From assembly GCF_018977255.1 (NCBI RefSeq), contig NW_024704742.1:6388001-6452000 (forward strand): a stretch of 64,000 nt of DNA, written 5' to 3'. Each line of letters opens with the position of its first letter. The first letter of the stretch is position 1. The notes under the pieces are model-generated. The model was not told the DNA's origin. It worked only from the letters and a program-made list of their open reading frames with translations, and made no database searches. A program made the position numbers and the translations under genes. Positions 11,216-25,110 of the stretch are shown here, one piece after another. Source of the DNA: Callorhinchus milii (taxonomy: Eukaryota).

Positions 11216-12949
11216 TGTGTTTCTAACGGTTAATTCAATTTGTTTTCGAATTCGCTCCGAGACGCTATACACAGCAAACTTCTGATTGCTCATCCCTCCA
11301 AGGGATAAGGGAGCAGTGTTGAATTATCTGGAATGACAAGTTGGGCATATGTATAGATATATAAATAACATTGATATTGAGAGCATGATGACGTAAGTGA
11401 TTGTGACCTGGCTCGAGCTATCAGGTACTATAAATGCAAGTTGTAGTAGTTGTTGTTGAACTATTAAGGTCAGGCTAATGAGTCGGCAGAAGCCAGGTAT
11501 TGCTTTGTCATTTTTCTTAGAACCACATTTGCTTGCTTCCAGCCTGTTTCCCCGCAGACTCCCTCAACACGCCTGTCAATGCTTAACAAATCTTCGGAGT
11601 GTTTCTCTCAGTAATTCCCTATGCAGTTCACCTGTCTCAGGAGAGCTATCTGGAATCTCAGTCTCAGCCTGTATCGGATGACCTGCTTTTAATGTTCTTT
11701 CTGGTAAAAATAAATACCCTCAAGGAAGTAAACATTTAATATCTTTACTATCTTTCACGCGCAGTGATGATCTATGGTCCTCAGTCAATTCACAGATAGG
11801 CTTTACCACATCAAAGTACATTTGTTATAATTTATACTGATGCTAGTGTCTGACATGAAAAACATTTAGTACAAGTCACCCTTTGTTCCGCTTAAAGCTG
11901 ATACAAAGGGAAGCCAGAAATTGGTGTAATTTCATCCACGGTTAACAGGCCTGTGACTATTTTTCTTCATAGTGATTTAATATTTGTTGAGCAATCTTAG
12001 ATATTACTGTAATAATAATTGTTGCATTTGATATAGCGCTTTATCACATCACAAGATGTCTTGAAGCATGAGGAGTGCTATATAAATGCAAGTTACATTC
12101 ATTTAAGCCTTTTGATCCAACTTATACTACGGGGGTATAATATTATAATCTTATATTTATACCTGTCACTAAATCTCTGATTTAACATATTACAATAAAA
12201 TGTTACGTATTTGCATAAATTCATAACACAAATGTGCACAATGACTTTAAATAGGGACCTGCACAGTACTGTACGTAAGGAATATTGGGGACAAAAGCGA
12301 GGTGTTTCACAAAATCCTCTAATAGGGATTTAACGATACTTAAGGGGAATTATAGCAGCAACCAGCACTATCGTCACAGCCAACACATAGGATCTCTGCT
12401 CCAAAGTGCTGACAGTGGTTCATAGGGCTCTTCATGAGTTGGTTGTGACCTATTGCCTGATACCAGCAGGACTCGCTGTAAGCTCTAAATTGTTATTAAC
12501 AAACCCTGTTGTGATCCCTTGATTTTTAAACCTGATATCTCTTAAAAAGCTTCAACCTGCCCAATGTGGATCCAAAAGAAGGAAGTTGTATCCTTGTGCT
12601 TGTGGGAAGAATGCAATAAAGAAGACACATTTCTGTTTCATTCAAATCTTTACAGCCTTAATGAGTCTCACACAGCTATGAATGCAAGTCAGCTGTGTAA
12701 CAAACTGTTAACATGCAATAGTTTGGAGAACGTGAGGCTGAGGTTGTTGTGTGGCACAAGGAGCAATTAGAAAAGTCGTCCCCGTTTCTTACAGCTGAGT
12801 AAACTGCAACAAAACCAGGTGAGGTGCCTAAATGAAAGCCACATGTGTGAAACTCGAAAAGGTAGCTCACATTTGTGTGACATGTGAGATGAAATGCAAT
12901 TTACCTAATATATGATAATAATATGCAATACAATTTATATTTTGAGCGG

Positions 12950-13170
12950 ATGTCTTAACACTGCCGGCTGGGAACCTGAGTCGGGGGTTGAAGCTAAAGT
13001 GTGTGGGTGGGGTAGGGTGAAGATGGCCAAAAGTGTGATTAAAGAGGTACATCTTGGGAAACACCTTGAATGAGCTGATGGTGGGAATGAGTTGGAAGGA
13101 CTCTGGGATGGAGTCCCAGGGAGCAGGGGCAAAAAGGTTGATGGTGAAATGAATAGGCTGGGGGAAGAAT
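12950..13170 (-). mobile_element. L2 3' fragment
   Basis: APAPWDSIPES..FKVFPKMYLF remnant of L2 ORF2 C-terminus. Confidence 0.7.
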
Positions 13171-15667
13171 GTCCACCCAACCAACACATGCTCAACACAC
13201 AAACAAAGCTCGCAGTGTGCAACATTCACTAGTTTTCCCATGAGTAACATAGAGACCAAAACCCATATGTTTGTAACATACAAATCTAGTCCATACTTGT
13301 GCAATACATATATATCCGCTGGATGTGTCAATCGGTAGTCATGGAATGAAGTGTCTTCACCAAGCCTATCAGTAGTTGAACAGTCATAAAGTACAAACTG
13401 AACTCAATACTTAGTTTTCACCATTAGGAAAGTTAAACAGATCTATTGCTGAGATCCTAATGGAGGTGATATCACATGATCGCATGATCTAAGCTCTCCA
13501 TTTTGTTTCGCCCACAAAATATACAGTCAATTCACTTTACAGTATATTCTGTGAAGGGCTTTGAGACGTCTCGAAGACTCGATAAGGCACTATGTCAAAT
13601 GCAAGGATTACTATTATCATGATGATTGGTTGTTGGACCACCAATACTACCTTTACTGACATGCTTCAGTGATTTACAGACCAACTTCTATTTCTCAGGA
13701 GTCTGAGCAATAAATGTCTTCTATTCGACCTCGGCACTTAACCTCAAGGCATGGAACCATTTATCGCTGAGGATGTTGGTGACAAATGGTGATCACATCT
13801 GCGGTGTTAGCTTTAACTGTGAAGTGTTAGCAGGTCGAGAAGCATTGGAAATCCTGCCCCGGATAATTCAGCGCTGAAATAGCTTGACCAAGCTTTCAAA
13901 GATAACTCAGGACAGGGTTTTGAACCGCTCTATTGTTTAGCTTTTAACACAATGAATGCTGCTCAATTACTGTTCTAATGTTTCATGAGAAGTTCTCCCT
14001 ATTAAAAATAGTTGAGGTGCTGCCTTGGTGCACTGTCAAAATAGAATTAATAGAGCAGTGTGATATTGTGTCTTGCTGCATAGTTACAGGAAAGGGAGTG
14101 GGTCATTAAGTCCATCAAACCAGTTCTGTGTTATTTCCAGCGGAACACCCTCCACCTCAACACACACTCACACCCACACACCCACACCCACACATACACA
14201 CAACGTTCTCAGTTTTCAGTGTTGGTTTGTGGAGAAGCTTCAAATCAATAGCATTCAGGTTGCTCATTTGACCATGGCTTTTGACTGTCGGTTCTGAGCA
14301 ACATTGACAGAGGTCTGGGAACAAGTCACCTTCTGCTGGGCTCATGGTACAAAGAAACCAGTATAGATATAAATCAGTGTGCAGGCAAAATCATACAGCT
14401 TTCACTACCTACAGCCCAATAACCCCATTTACTTTACACAACATATTTATTCTCTGTAAAGTTTAAAAAATGGCGCCATGACAGATTAAATCCTTCTTCA
14501 TTATTTCACCCTCCAGGTAGTAAATGAGTCTGACCTAAGTTACTTTTTACTAAAAATCACACCAGGGACCAATGATTCAATCTAGTTTTATTGAAAATTA
14601 GCAGCACCGAGTAGATCTTATTCTATTTTCTACCCCCAAAAAATCCATCCACAGCAAATCTTTCATTTCAAGCGTCCAGAGCAGATTCATTACCCAAAAT
14701 CCTGGCACTCGGGCATAATAAGTTGCATTAGTCATGCTGAGAGAGCACGGGTTTCCTCCAAAAGGGCAACAAGTGAACAACTAAGAAAGGTTTGTCCTCT
14801 GGGATTCTATGTAAAGAGAAAGCGCATTAGAGAGATGATGTAATAATCATTTCCACTCATCACTTTTCATTGTTTTGACTAATACTTACTGACTGGCTTT
14901 CAGCAGTAACCAAATGACCACAGAACACAAGGTTGGTACCTTTTAACCCTTTGTCCTCACTCTAACTGGGTCAAATCTTTCCCCCAATCCCTCTGTCTCT
15001 CTCTCTGCCTTCCAAACCCTGCTGAAAGATCTACCTCTTTAACCGTGTCTGCAGTCACGTTTCCCTATACCCTTTTCTCTATCTTGCTCAGTGATCCACA
15101 CTGTTTAGTGTTTTGAGGTATTCTCCGTCTAGATATCTAGATGTTGTTGCTGTTGCTGGGGCGAAGGAGATCCTTGCTTGATTAAAATCCAGTGTCACCT
15201 TCTTTGCTGTTAACCGGGCAGAGAGATGAAGTTAGGAAATCAAAAAAATACCAGGGTCTGTCCAATCAGTGTTGGCCCATCATTGGAAGCCAAATCTCTT
15301 CCACAACAGAACTCCAACCTCCTTTGAGGGAGAGGTAGAGGGGGGAGAGGGAGAAGTAAAGGGGGGGGGGGGGGGAGAGAGTGTGGAAATTAGCCTAAAA
15401 AGGGATGGGATAGTCCATAGAAATAACAATAACAATCTTTGCATTTCACATCAGATGGAAGTCTCACAAGGTATAACATGTAATGTAGTCTTCATGGGAT
15501 TATGTTTCAATGGGGTACAAACTGCACCAGTTATGTGGTGCATTTTTCACCCCAGATTTGCATTGCGCATTTTGGCGAGCTGATAGTTATCACCAGTGGC
15601 AATAGTCAGCTATGATATTTGTCGCATGGCTGAAAAGTGCAATCCAAATTTGTCTAGGTAGAGATTT

Positions 15668-15990
15668 CACATTCACAAGATCACAAGATTGGTCTGGATG
15701 AAGCAGGCCCTTCTGCCCATCCGATCTCATCGCTCACATCCCCCCATCACTACATCAAGCTGCTTTTGAAATAAGTCCAGTGTCCTGGCCTCTACCATTT
15801 CTCCTGGCAGCCCGTTCCAATTGTTAATTACCCTCTGCGTAAAGAAATACTTCCTAGTGCCTGTGTCCTGAACTTGCCATTTCCAACCCTAAATCTACGT
15901 CCTCTTCTTCTGCTGTCATGATTCATCGTAAAGTGTTGATATCTGGGTTTACCTTTTCAATTCCATTTAAACTTTTCTACACCTGGTTAG
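15668..15990 (-). mobile_element. CR1 3' fragment, (TCTTGTGA)n-tail family
   Basis: CACAAGATCACAAGATTGGTCTGGATG shared with 23395-23500, 45270-45370 and 51470-51645; CR1-type C-terminal remnant. Confidence 0.8.
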
Positions 15991-18900
15991 AATAACTTCT
16001 TCAATATGATATTGTCCGTTTGGCTTTGGACTACAAATTGATTTAGAAAATCACTTTGGAAAAGGTATCAACTAATTGGTCAAATGCATCATTTCATGCC
16101 ACCAAGTGGACTAATTTTGAACCATTTGGAAACTCGGTACAGATTTGTTCCTTACTCAAAAGATGAGATGGAACTGAGAGAAGGCTGAAAAGGGTCGATG
16201 GTGCCTCAAAGTATTTTTCAGTTCTCTCTGTAATCATCTAGACTCCATGCCTGCCACTTTCAATGCAGTCAGCATGCTCTGATACTAACTGCTATACTCT
16301 CTTTGCTGAAGTATAACTTATTACTGTACACTCCTCAGAAGAAAAGTGCCTTTAAGCATATACTGTAACAATTCAGTTCCTGTATGTTATAAAATTCTCA
16401 TAGGGGCACAGCAAGAGGGGCTTTGACTAAATGAATCATTAAGCTTGGTTTCTGTGAAGTACAGAATAATTTCTCCATCAAAATCTATCTATGTTGCTGC
16501 TTTATTTCACTTCATTAATAAAATTGTACTGCATATTACCACACCCTTGTTCACCACTACAAAGCCAATAGGGAGCATTTTGACTGATCACCATCAAAGC
16601 TGTAGTAGGATGTATAATTTGTCACTTTCAAGCTGATTTCCTTTTCTTTTTCCTAAGGCAATCCACAATACGACATATTCCCAAATAAAACAAAGCATTT
16701 GTCAGCATGGCTGTTCTTTCTGGTGATCCAGCTATTATTATATACTTTTTACCCACAAAATATACACTCAATTCACTTTACAATATATTGCGTGATGTGC
16801 TTGGAGATGTCTCAAAGACATGATAAGGCACCATATCATTTGCAAAGATTATTATTACTTTTAGTCTGCAACACCCATGTTAGCTTTCAATGAGGCGTTT
16901 CACAAAACACCTCCTGTGGACCAAAATGCCAATGAAGGCAATCTGGAGATCAATCTGACTGAAATAGGAACCAAATAGCTGTTCTCACACTGAAATTTCA
17001 TTCAGCACAATGTGTATTTAGTGGTTACATTTAAAGTAAATACGAATAAAGTATAGCATAAAAAATGAAAGGGTTTTAAAATAAGTCATTAAAATAAGTC
17101 ATGAATCAGCAAACCCACATAAAACTGCGCCTTTACAATAATAATAATTCTTGCATTTGATATAGTACCTTATCACCTCTTCGAGACGTCTCAAAGCGCT
17201 TCACAGAATATACTATGAAGTAAATTAACTGTATATTTTGTGGGCGAAAGTCCTGAGTATTTAGCGATCTCCACACAAGAGTAAGCTGACAATGTAGTGC
17301 AGTACATGGAGCAGTACTGCACCAGGGTTAGAGATTGGGTTAGGGATGTCAGACATGCTGACTTCACTGGATATTTAATGAGACATTAATGCTTGATCCT
17401 GAATGTCTGTGCAGGTCGAGAAGTTAAAAATCCCATGGCACTATTTGAAGGGAGTTCCTCCCGGTGTCCTGGTCAACAACAAACAACCCCCTCCCACCAC
17501 CACCATCACCAGATAAAATTGGCCATTGACTTGATGCCTGTTTGTGGGACACTGCTGTGTTACATTCACCTCGAAGCATACCATCACAATCCTTCAAGGA
17601 AAAATGTGCTTTGAAACCACTGTATAAAGTGCAAGAATTATTATGATTTATACCAAGGATAAGCAACAAATCACAAAGCAGACAAAAAAATCCCTTTGCA
17701 GACACTTTTCAACACATTGTTAGTATCACCACCCACCTCGCCTCCCATCCCATCTCAAGTTCTCATCCAGAACTCTGAAGTGCTTTGAGACATCCTCTCT
17801 CAATCCCTCTGTAAAAGTAATTTGTACTGTATATAGTTCCGTTGGCATGCTTTAATTGGGTAGTTACTCCATCATAAGCAAAGGAAAAAATTCTTCCTTT
17901 TGCCTCTGCTCATTGCTCTATTCCATCAACTATTTGACAGTCATCAGGCAAAATGTTCCATTCTGTCCGCAAAGTCAGCAAACGTTTGCTGTGATGGACC
18001 ATGTAAGTTAACACAGCTGCTAAAGAAATGAAGCAGAGGTGTCGGAATACATTTTTTTGCAGGTGTAACTTGTGGAGACCTGGTAAAGAAATCAGACTTT
18101 CCATGCATAGCCGTAGCATAATGAGTCATTTATTCAGAGGCCCTCATACTGTGCTCCCTCTTCGAGCCACTGCAAACTTGTACCAGTACATTAGTGCACT
18201 CATTGTTCTGCAGAACTCTGTAAAACATGCCAAAAGGGTTTGAGAAGTAACGTTTCAATAAACAGCACATGACAATAATTTCAATTTCATATGAATTATG
18301 TTGTGTAATGGAGGAAATTAGATTGAATCTTTACGTAGCATACATCAAAAGAAATAATGTAGGTTGATAAATATACGTGCTTGAGTGCAGAAGACTATAT
18401 TAGTGGTTCCAATCAGCAACTGGCATAACATTAATACAAAGTTATAAAAACACAAATTCTTATTATTCAGGAACTACAAAGCAGTATCTCTATCATACTG
18501 TCTATTAAAGAATCCAATGGCACTATCTGAAAAGCGAAGGGAGTTTCTCCTGATGTCCTGGCCAACAATCCCCCAGATAAAATTGACCATTTACTTCATG
18601 ACATTGCTGTGCACAAATTGGCTGCCACCGTTCTCCCACAAAACACAGTAATTGCGCTTTGCAGTAAATTCCCCTGCGGAGTTTGAGATGTTGTGCTTAC
18701 GTGTAAGGCGCTCTTATCAAAATTAAGGATTGTTATATCATTTCAATAACACTCCCAGTTTCGTATTTACTAAAATAACCATTTACATTCATAGAGTGCC
18801 CTTAACATAGGCAAAGACTGGGTCACAGCCTCCCCCAAATCTGTCTAGGTATTTACATCTAGCTCTCTCGCTCCTCCCCCGACTCAGCATCGACACCTGC

Positions 18901-19684
18901 CCACTTCTGGTCTGGTGGGCTGCTCCCTGGGATGTCCTCACCTCTGCTTGCCGGATGGACCTGTCAGTCAACCCAACGACTCACCTGTCTTAAAGGGGAC
19001 ACACCACAACACCAAATTACACCCGTACAGCGCCCTGAACGTCGGACAGACATCCCAGGGCGCCTGTTCCAGAGACCAACCCTTTAACTCTCCGCACCCC
19101 CACAAAAAAAATTTTTCGCCTCTCTCACCTATAATGAACGAATAAATACAAGATTGATTTAAAAGGTTTAGCTCTTTTGAGGTTCAGCACCCCGACAGGA
19201 TCAGAGCCCAAATCTCTAAATCGGATGACGTAACCTACTTGATAAGGATTTAGATCCATTTGAAATGTAACTTTCTTGAAACTTTCTAGAGGAACCCAAT
19301 GATAACGCCTGTCACTCAAGTCTCCTGCAGAGGAATTTGGGGAGTTATAGGTTTCTTTTTTTTGTTGGGGGAGGAAGTAGGGGCCATATGATCCTTGTGC
19401 TGTGTGTACATACCTGCACGAGGCCAACACCAGGCACGGACCCCACACCTCACCCTGCATGGCCCAAAGGGGAGCGTTTGGCCAGTGCCAAACCTCAGGC
19501 CTCGTTCTTCCCACTTTCCCTGTGCTGCAGTTGGCTGCACTACCAGGAGAGCAATGGTGGCGGCTCCAGCCTCAGCGGCACTGGGTTAGCCCAAAGGCAC
19601 AGCGAAGGGGAGGCAAATCCATTGCATTTTACAGCAACTGCACCTAAGTCACAATGGGAGATGCATTACCTTGGACTACACTGT

Positions 19685-20060
19685 GGAGTCGTGCAGCTTA
19701 ATGGTTAGAGCACTTGCCTCGCAAACGAGTGGACCCGGGTTTGATTCCCGGGAATTGCGAAACCTTAGGCAAGTTTCTTTCCTCCACACGCCTCTGTTTA
19801 CCTCGCAGTAAGCAGGAACCCAGTTGTTAGTTGATTAACGGATTTCTTTTCCGGGGGTATTAATTCCTTCAAAATAATAATAATTTGGTCACTCAATCCA
19901 TGACTGTTTGTGGGTCACTGCTGTGCGCAATTGGCTGCCGGGTTTCATCCATAAAATGAACAGTCAATTCACTTTACAGTATATCCTGTGAAGATCTTTG
20001 AGACAGTTCAAAGATGTGATGAGGCACTACATCAAATGCAAGGATTATTATTATTATTAT
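19685..20060 (+). mobile_element. Full-length young SINE, long variant
   Basis: tRNA head with CGC loop, extra ~80 bp block, Deu core, (TTA)n. Confidence 0.9.
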
Positions 20061-20079
20061 AACTCAGTGAGCACTGCAA

Positions 20080-20410
20080 GCTGTGAAAAAGTGAGTGTGA
20101 GAGGGAGCGAGAGGACAGTGAGGATGAAAAGAAAGTCAGCATGAGAACACAGGGAGAATGTACGATGTGTGAAAAATTGAGTGTGGCAGAGAGCGAGTGT
20201 GATAGAGAACAAATATGAGAGACCGAGTGTGAGAGTGAATGTGGGTGAAAAAGAAAACGAGTGAGAGACCGCGGGAGAGAGTGAAAGAAGTAAGAAAGGG
20301 AGAGTATGTGAGAAGTGAGAGTGAGTATGAAAGGTGTGAGAAAGTGAATACGAGAGAGAGGTGAGAGTTATAAGAAGTGACAAAAAGCGGAAGTAGGTAG
20401 GGAGAGTGAA
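20080..20410. repeat. GA/GT-rich low-complexity tract
   Basis: Direct reading. Confidence 0.8.
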
Positions 20411-20459
20411 CCCTCCCTATCGCTTGCCCTGAATATGATATTTCTCACGAGTATAACAT

Positions 20460-20632
20460 CATTTTAGTTACACAGAGAGTTGTTACGATCTGGAAAGCAT
20501 TGAGTGAAAGGACGGAGGAAACAGATTCAATAACAACTTTCAAAAGGGAATTGGATAGGTACTGATTGGGTAGCCGGTACAGGCACGATGGGCCGAATGG
20601 CCTCCTTCTGTGCTGTAATATTCTACGATTCA
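20460..20632 (+). mobile_element. CR1 3' end
   Basis: TQRVVTIWKAL remnant and GATGGGCCGAATGGCCTCCTTCTGTGCTG terminus. Confidence 0.85.
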
Positions 20633-22554
20633 AGAGTGTTTAAAGGATGGTGCCCAAGGAATCAGTCGGTAAGGTTGAAAAAATTCAAACACATTTAAAT
20701 AAATAAAATATATCAGTTTCCTGACTGGAAACATTATAGCTCTGTTGTAATACATTTGATTGACAGCACATTCTGTACATTTCAAGGGGCAACTAATTCT
20801 TGAAGTGGAGAATGCTGAAAAATCCACATTTATATTAGATCACCCTCAGCAGATTGTGTGGGAAATAGAAATCAACTGATTAAACATAGCATTAGGAAAA
20901 TATCCACAGTCCATTCATCTTTCAATGTGCTGAATACTCTAACCCCAGATAACTTACGAGTCTTCAACTACAATGCAATGCAATACCAATTTACATTTGT
21001 ATAGCGCCTTTAAAGTCAGGAGGATGTCCCATGTCACTTAATAATCCTGGCTTGGATCCCGAGCTGGGATTGGGAGCTGAGTGGGTGGCAAAGGGAAAGA
21101 TGAAGTTGCATTCAAAGAGGTAGGTCTTGAGACAGACCATATACAGAATAACAGAGAGAGCAAGTCAGAGGGTCTCTGGGATGGGGTTCCCGAGATTGTG
21201 GGCTGATAGGCTGAAAGCCTGACCACAGTGCTTTTAACCGTATCAGATATTTTCGTTACGTTACCGTTCGAAAACTTGCGGTGAACTTATACGAGCCACG
21301 TAAAATAAATAGATAAAATCTTACTTTCACTCTAAGTGAACAGACAAATGCAATCCTTAGGCAGTACTGCATAAGTAAAGCTGGCACCAAGAAGATGGTT
21401 AACTTCTTGGACACGGTGCAGATCAGCGAGCTGTCATTCTGCATTAGGGGTTTTCAGGTTAAGTTTCAGCGCTCCAAGGCGCATGCAGGGGGCCATGTAA
21501 ATGCAAGTTGTTGTTGTTGTTGTTGCTGAAGAACGCAGCTTGTGTGGAGAAACCAAATGGTGACCACCACTCTGTATGACATTCTGAACACCCCCCGCAA
21601 TCCTGCTCTCAGCAAAAAGTGCAAGGAATCCTTAATGTCAGCCAAACCAACACAAAAATGCTAGCAAAGAACTCCAGACGTAACGCGGATTGTATTTCAG
21701 CACCTAGACCACGAAAGCCAATAATGGGAGCGGATTCCAGACTAGCCCACGTGTCAGTTACATGCTGGTTACGCTGCTGTACACGTGATTGTTCCCAGCA
21801 GCCGAATCGTGGACTGAATGCCCAACATGTGAAAATTCCAACAATTGTGCAACTGTATTAAGGAGCCTTTTGCATGCCAATATTCACCACAACTTCTGAA
21901 ATGAACACATCATTGTGGACGTTAAAATACAGTTATTCTATGCATTGACGGAAGGAGCCAATAGATCTCTAAAAGCTTTCTTTATGTAGTGTTGATGCAG
22001 CTTGTTCCTTAATATAGGGGCAAGGGGATTTATTCTCATATCTTCTTTAATCCTACCCAATGGTGCCTTCATTTCATTTGTTCTGAAAGGAAGTCAGCAC
22101 ATGCACAGGCACTGTATAAATGAAAATTGTGTTATATTGCATGTCCTGTAATGTGAAATCCATTAACCGCACACATCAGCAAAGTGCACGTGATGTATTC
22201 GTTAATGTGTCATACATCTCTATTTAAATTCACCAATTGACCACTGACCTAATTGTTATTGTGATCCCGCTGGAGTATTTTGTGTCAATTCAATTGATAA
22301 AGACTCCACATTAAATACAACTTTGTTTTACTACTTTTGCATCTAAAAAAAAGTATTAGGTGCAAATAGGTAAAGGACGTGCTTCTCAGATTTGGTGATA
22401 TTGTAGTTATACTGTCATGATCTCAGTCGCACAATGGAGAAAGAAACGTGTAGGAATATTCATCGCTGCTAACTCTAGGCTAGGCCTTTTCTGGTAGTTT
22501 AACCTCCTAGCTGCAGTTGAACGTGATGCACCAGCAATGTGTGTCAACTTAGTT

Positions 22555-22985
22555 TAATTTAGTTGGTAGTGCTCTAGCCTCAGAGTCGGAAGATTGTTGT
22601 CCAAGCCCCAAGTCGGTACTTTGAGCTCACAGTCTCAGCTCACTGTATGGGCTGACACTCCCCATACAGTGGAGTGAAGCATTCCTGCAGTAGTGTTCCA
22701 TTGCCAGAGTTGGTGACCTTCAAATGAGACCTTAAACAGTTCCCATCTGCCTGTTCTAGTTAGACGTTAAAGATCTCTTGAGACTGTTTGAAAAGAGAAA
22801 GCAGTTTTTCCTTGTTTCCTGACCAATAATTCCCTCCAGACAAAATAAGTCATTCACTTCATGGCTGTTTGTGGTTGTTGTATGTAAATTGGCTGTTGCA
22901 TCTGTCTACAAATACACAATCACTACTCTTCACTGTAAAATCCTGTGAAGCTCTTTGATTACAAAGATTATTATATTATTAGTAG
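22555..22985 (+). mobile_element. Older Deu-SINE (SacSINE1-like), near full length
   Basis: AGTTGGTAGTGCTCT..GAGTCGGAAG head, central Deu domain, degraded tail. Confidence 0.8.
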
Positions 22986-23394
22986 TAGTTTTCTTTGACT
23001 TTGAAACATTATTAGAATGCTTCCTAAAATCAATTCAGTAATGTTTTGTTCTGGAGATCATTTTATTAGCTCAGTTATCTCATCCATGCTTTTCTTTGTT
23101 TTAAGGAGTTGAGTGGTTAATGGAGTTTGAAAAATATTACTCACATTCAATACTTCATACACCATATTTGATACATTTTGGTTGGAGATGGGACAGGGTG
23201 ATAGATGCACAGATTCATGAATCTGGAGTCCAGGTAACACCTTCCAATTCCTGTCATCCCAAGCCTCAGAGCTTTCTCATCAGCTATTTGATGAACATAA
23301 CAGGACTGCTTGTGATCTGCCAGCCATTGGGATGTAAATTGAGAAATTCACAAAGGGATCTGCAAGTAATAAATCTCAACTGTGTCATGGCTGA

Positions 23395-23500
23395 CCTCAT
23401 GGAACTCTTCTTAGACACTGAAGAGGGCTGGGTGTTCTGGAGTGATGCGATCGGATGGGCCTAAGGGCCTTCTTCATCCAGACCAATCTTGTGATCTTGT
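23395..23500 (+). mobile_element. CR1 3' end, (TCTTGTGA)n-tail family
   Basis: Reverse complement match to 15668-15740. Confidence 0.75.
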
Positions 23501-24419
23501 CAAATCGGATCTGACATTTGCAGCTGGATAGAGTTCCAGAAGATCAGCCGTGACACATCTGTGATTCACTATTTATAAATCCACCTGTGAATGTAAAGCT
23601 CCATTGTCTATTCTTCTCATCATCGTATAATAATAATAATCCTTGCTCCTGATTAAGGCTGCAATCCTGTAAATCAAGGCTTGATGCATTGGACCAGTCA
23701 TATAAAGAAAATGTGACAACATACATCATTTAATCTAAGAATAAAAAGTAAATCACCACTAAGTAGAAAATGAAATTTAATGTCCTTTGGTATCTGGCTT
23801 CAGAATTTTAAAAAAATTGTCTGTTAGCGAAATTAATTTAGAGCTTTAAAGAACATGAACCAAATTGCCAATTAATAATGTCTATGTAGATTTTATAAGT
23901 AACATGATGAGATGCTTCATGATGACATGGACACAACTTTCCATTTCACTGTTACAGGACAGAAGAATAGATACTGACACTCGCTTGTCCAGCCTGCCAA
24001 AAATGCCAGGAAAATAAACAGATGTTCACCCCAAAAAGAACAAGAAATTGGATAATGGTATCCTAATCAACTGGACAGTTTGCAATCATTAAATAATTCA
24101 ACATTCCACCACTAAACCAAATGGGATTAACTCATCCCCCAGGTAAACTTTGCTTCTGTGGCTCAATTCATAATTCACTTCAAATGGACACTATAACATG
24201 CTCAGAGCGCAAGATTGGAGAGAATACGGATAAAACACTCCAAGACCCAACCTGAAGGGTGCTACATAAGTGCAAGTTCTTTTTGTTGCTGCAGACAGAA
24301 AAGAAAGTTAGAGCATGATGTAAAAACTGGATATTTATATTTCTGGTATGTGCCATGGCTGTGTTCTGGTACACGGTGTTTTTTTATTTGAATGATGCAC
24401 CAACATGGGAATTGAAATT

Positions 24420-24505
24420 AGATGATGGCACTCTTGCCTCTGAGTCAGAAGGCTGTGGATTCAAGCCCCACAGTGGGATTTTGGGATAACAGGCTAGGCT
24501 GGCAT

Positions 24506-24601
<96 letters not shown>

Positions 24602-25110
24602 CCTTGCATTTGATAGAGCGCTTTTCACGTCGGGAGGACGTCCCAAAGCGTTTCACAGAACACACTGGAAAGTGAACTGACTATATTTGTGGGCGAACGC
24701 GGCAGCCAATTGCGCACTGCAGTGTCCCACAAACAGTCGTAGATTGAAAATGACCAATTTTATTATTGTTTTTGGTTTTGAGGGATTATTATATAGCCTC
24801 GTGCTGAAAAATTGCTACATTATTGGAAGTGCCAACCCTCGGGTTTGATGTTACACTGAGATCTGTTCAGGCGGATGTTAAAAATCCTATGGTATTATTG
24901 AAAAAGAGAAGAGAGTTTCTCTCTCCTGTTTCCTGATCCACATTTACCCAGATTAAATTGATCATTCACTTCATAGTTGTTTTGGAAGAATGCATTTGTA
25001 AAAACTGGCTGCCTTGCTCACCTACATAATGCAGTCACCACACTGTTAATTGCTTTCAGATGTCTCAATGACGTGATAAGGCTCTATATCACATGCTAGG
25101 ATTATTGTTA
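24420..25110 (+). mobile_element. Older Deu-SINE split by a young SINE insertion
   Basis: Head at 24420-24505, remainder at ~24795-25110. Confidence 0.75.
24508..24791 (-). mobile_element. 5'-truncated young SINE (short variant) with ~31-unit TAA tail
   Basis: Near-identical to reverse complement of 1808-2020. Confidence 0.92.

Noticed and set aside
11478..11705. Short ORFs on both strands in unique sequence
   Set aside because: No recognisable protein and ambiguous splice sites
21343..21459. Open plus-strand frame TNAILRQYCISKAGTKKMVNFLDTVQISELSFCIRGFQ as a coding exon
   Set aside because: Weak splice signals and no recognised homology
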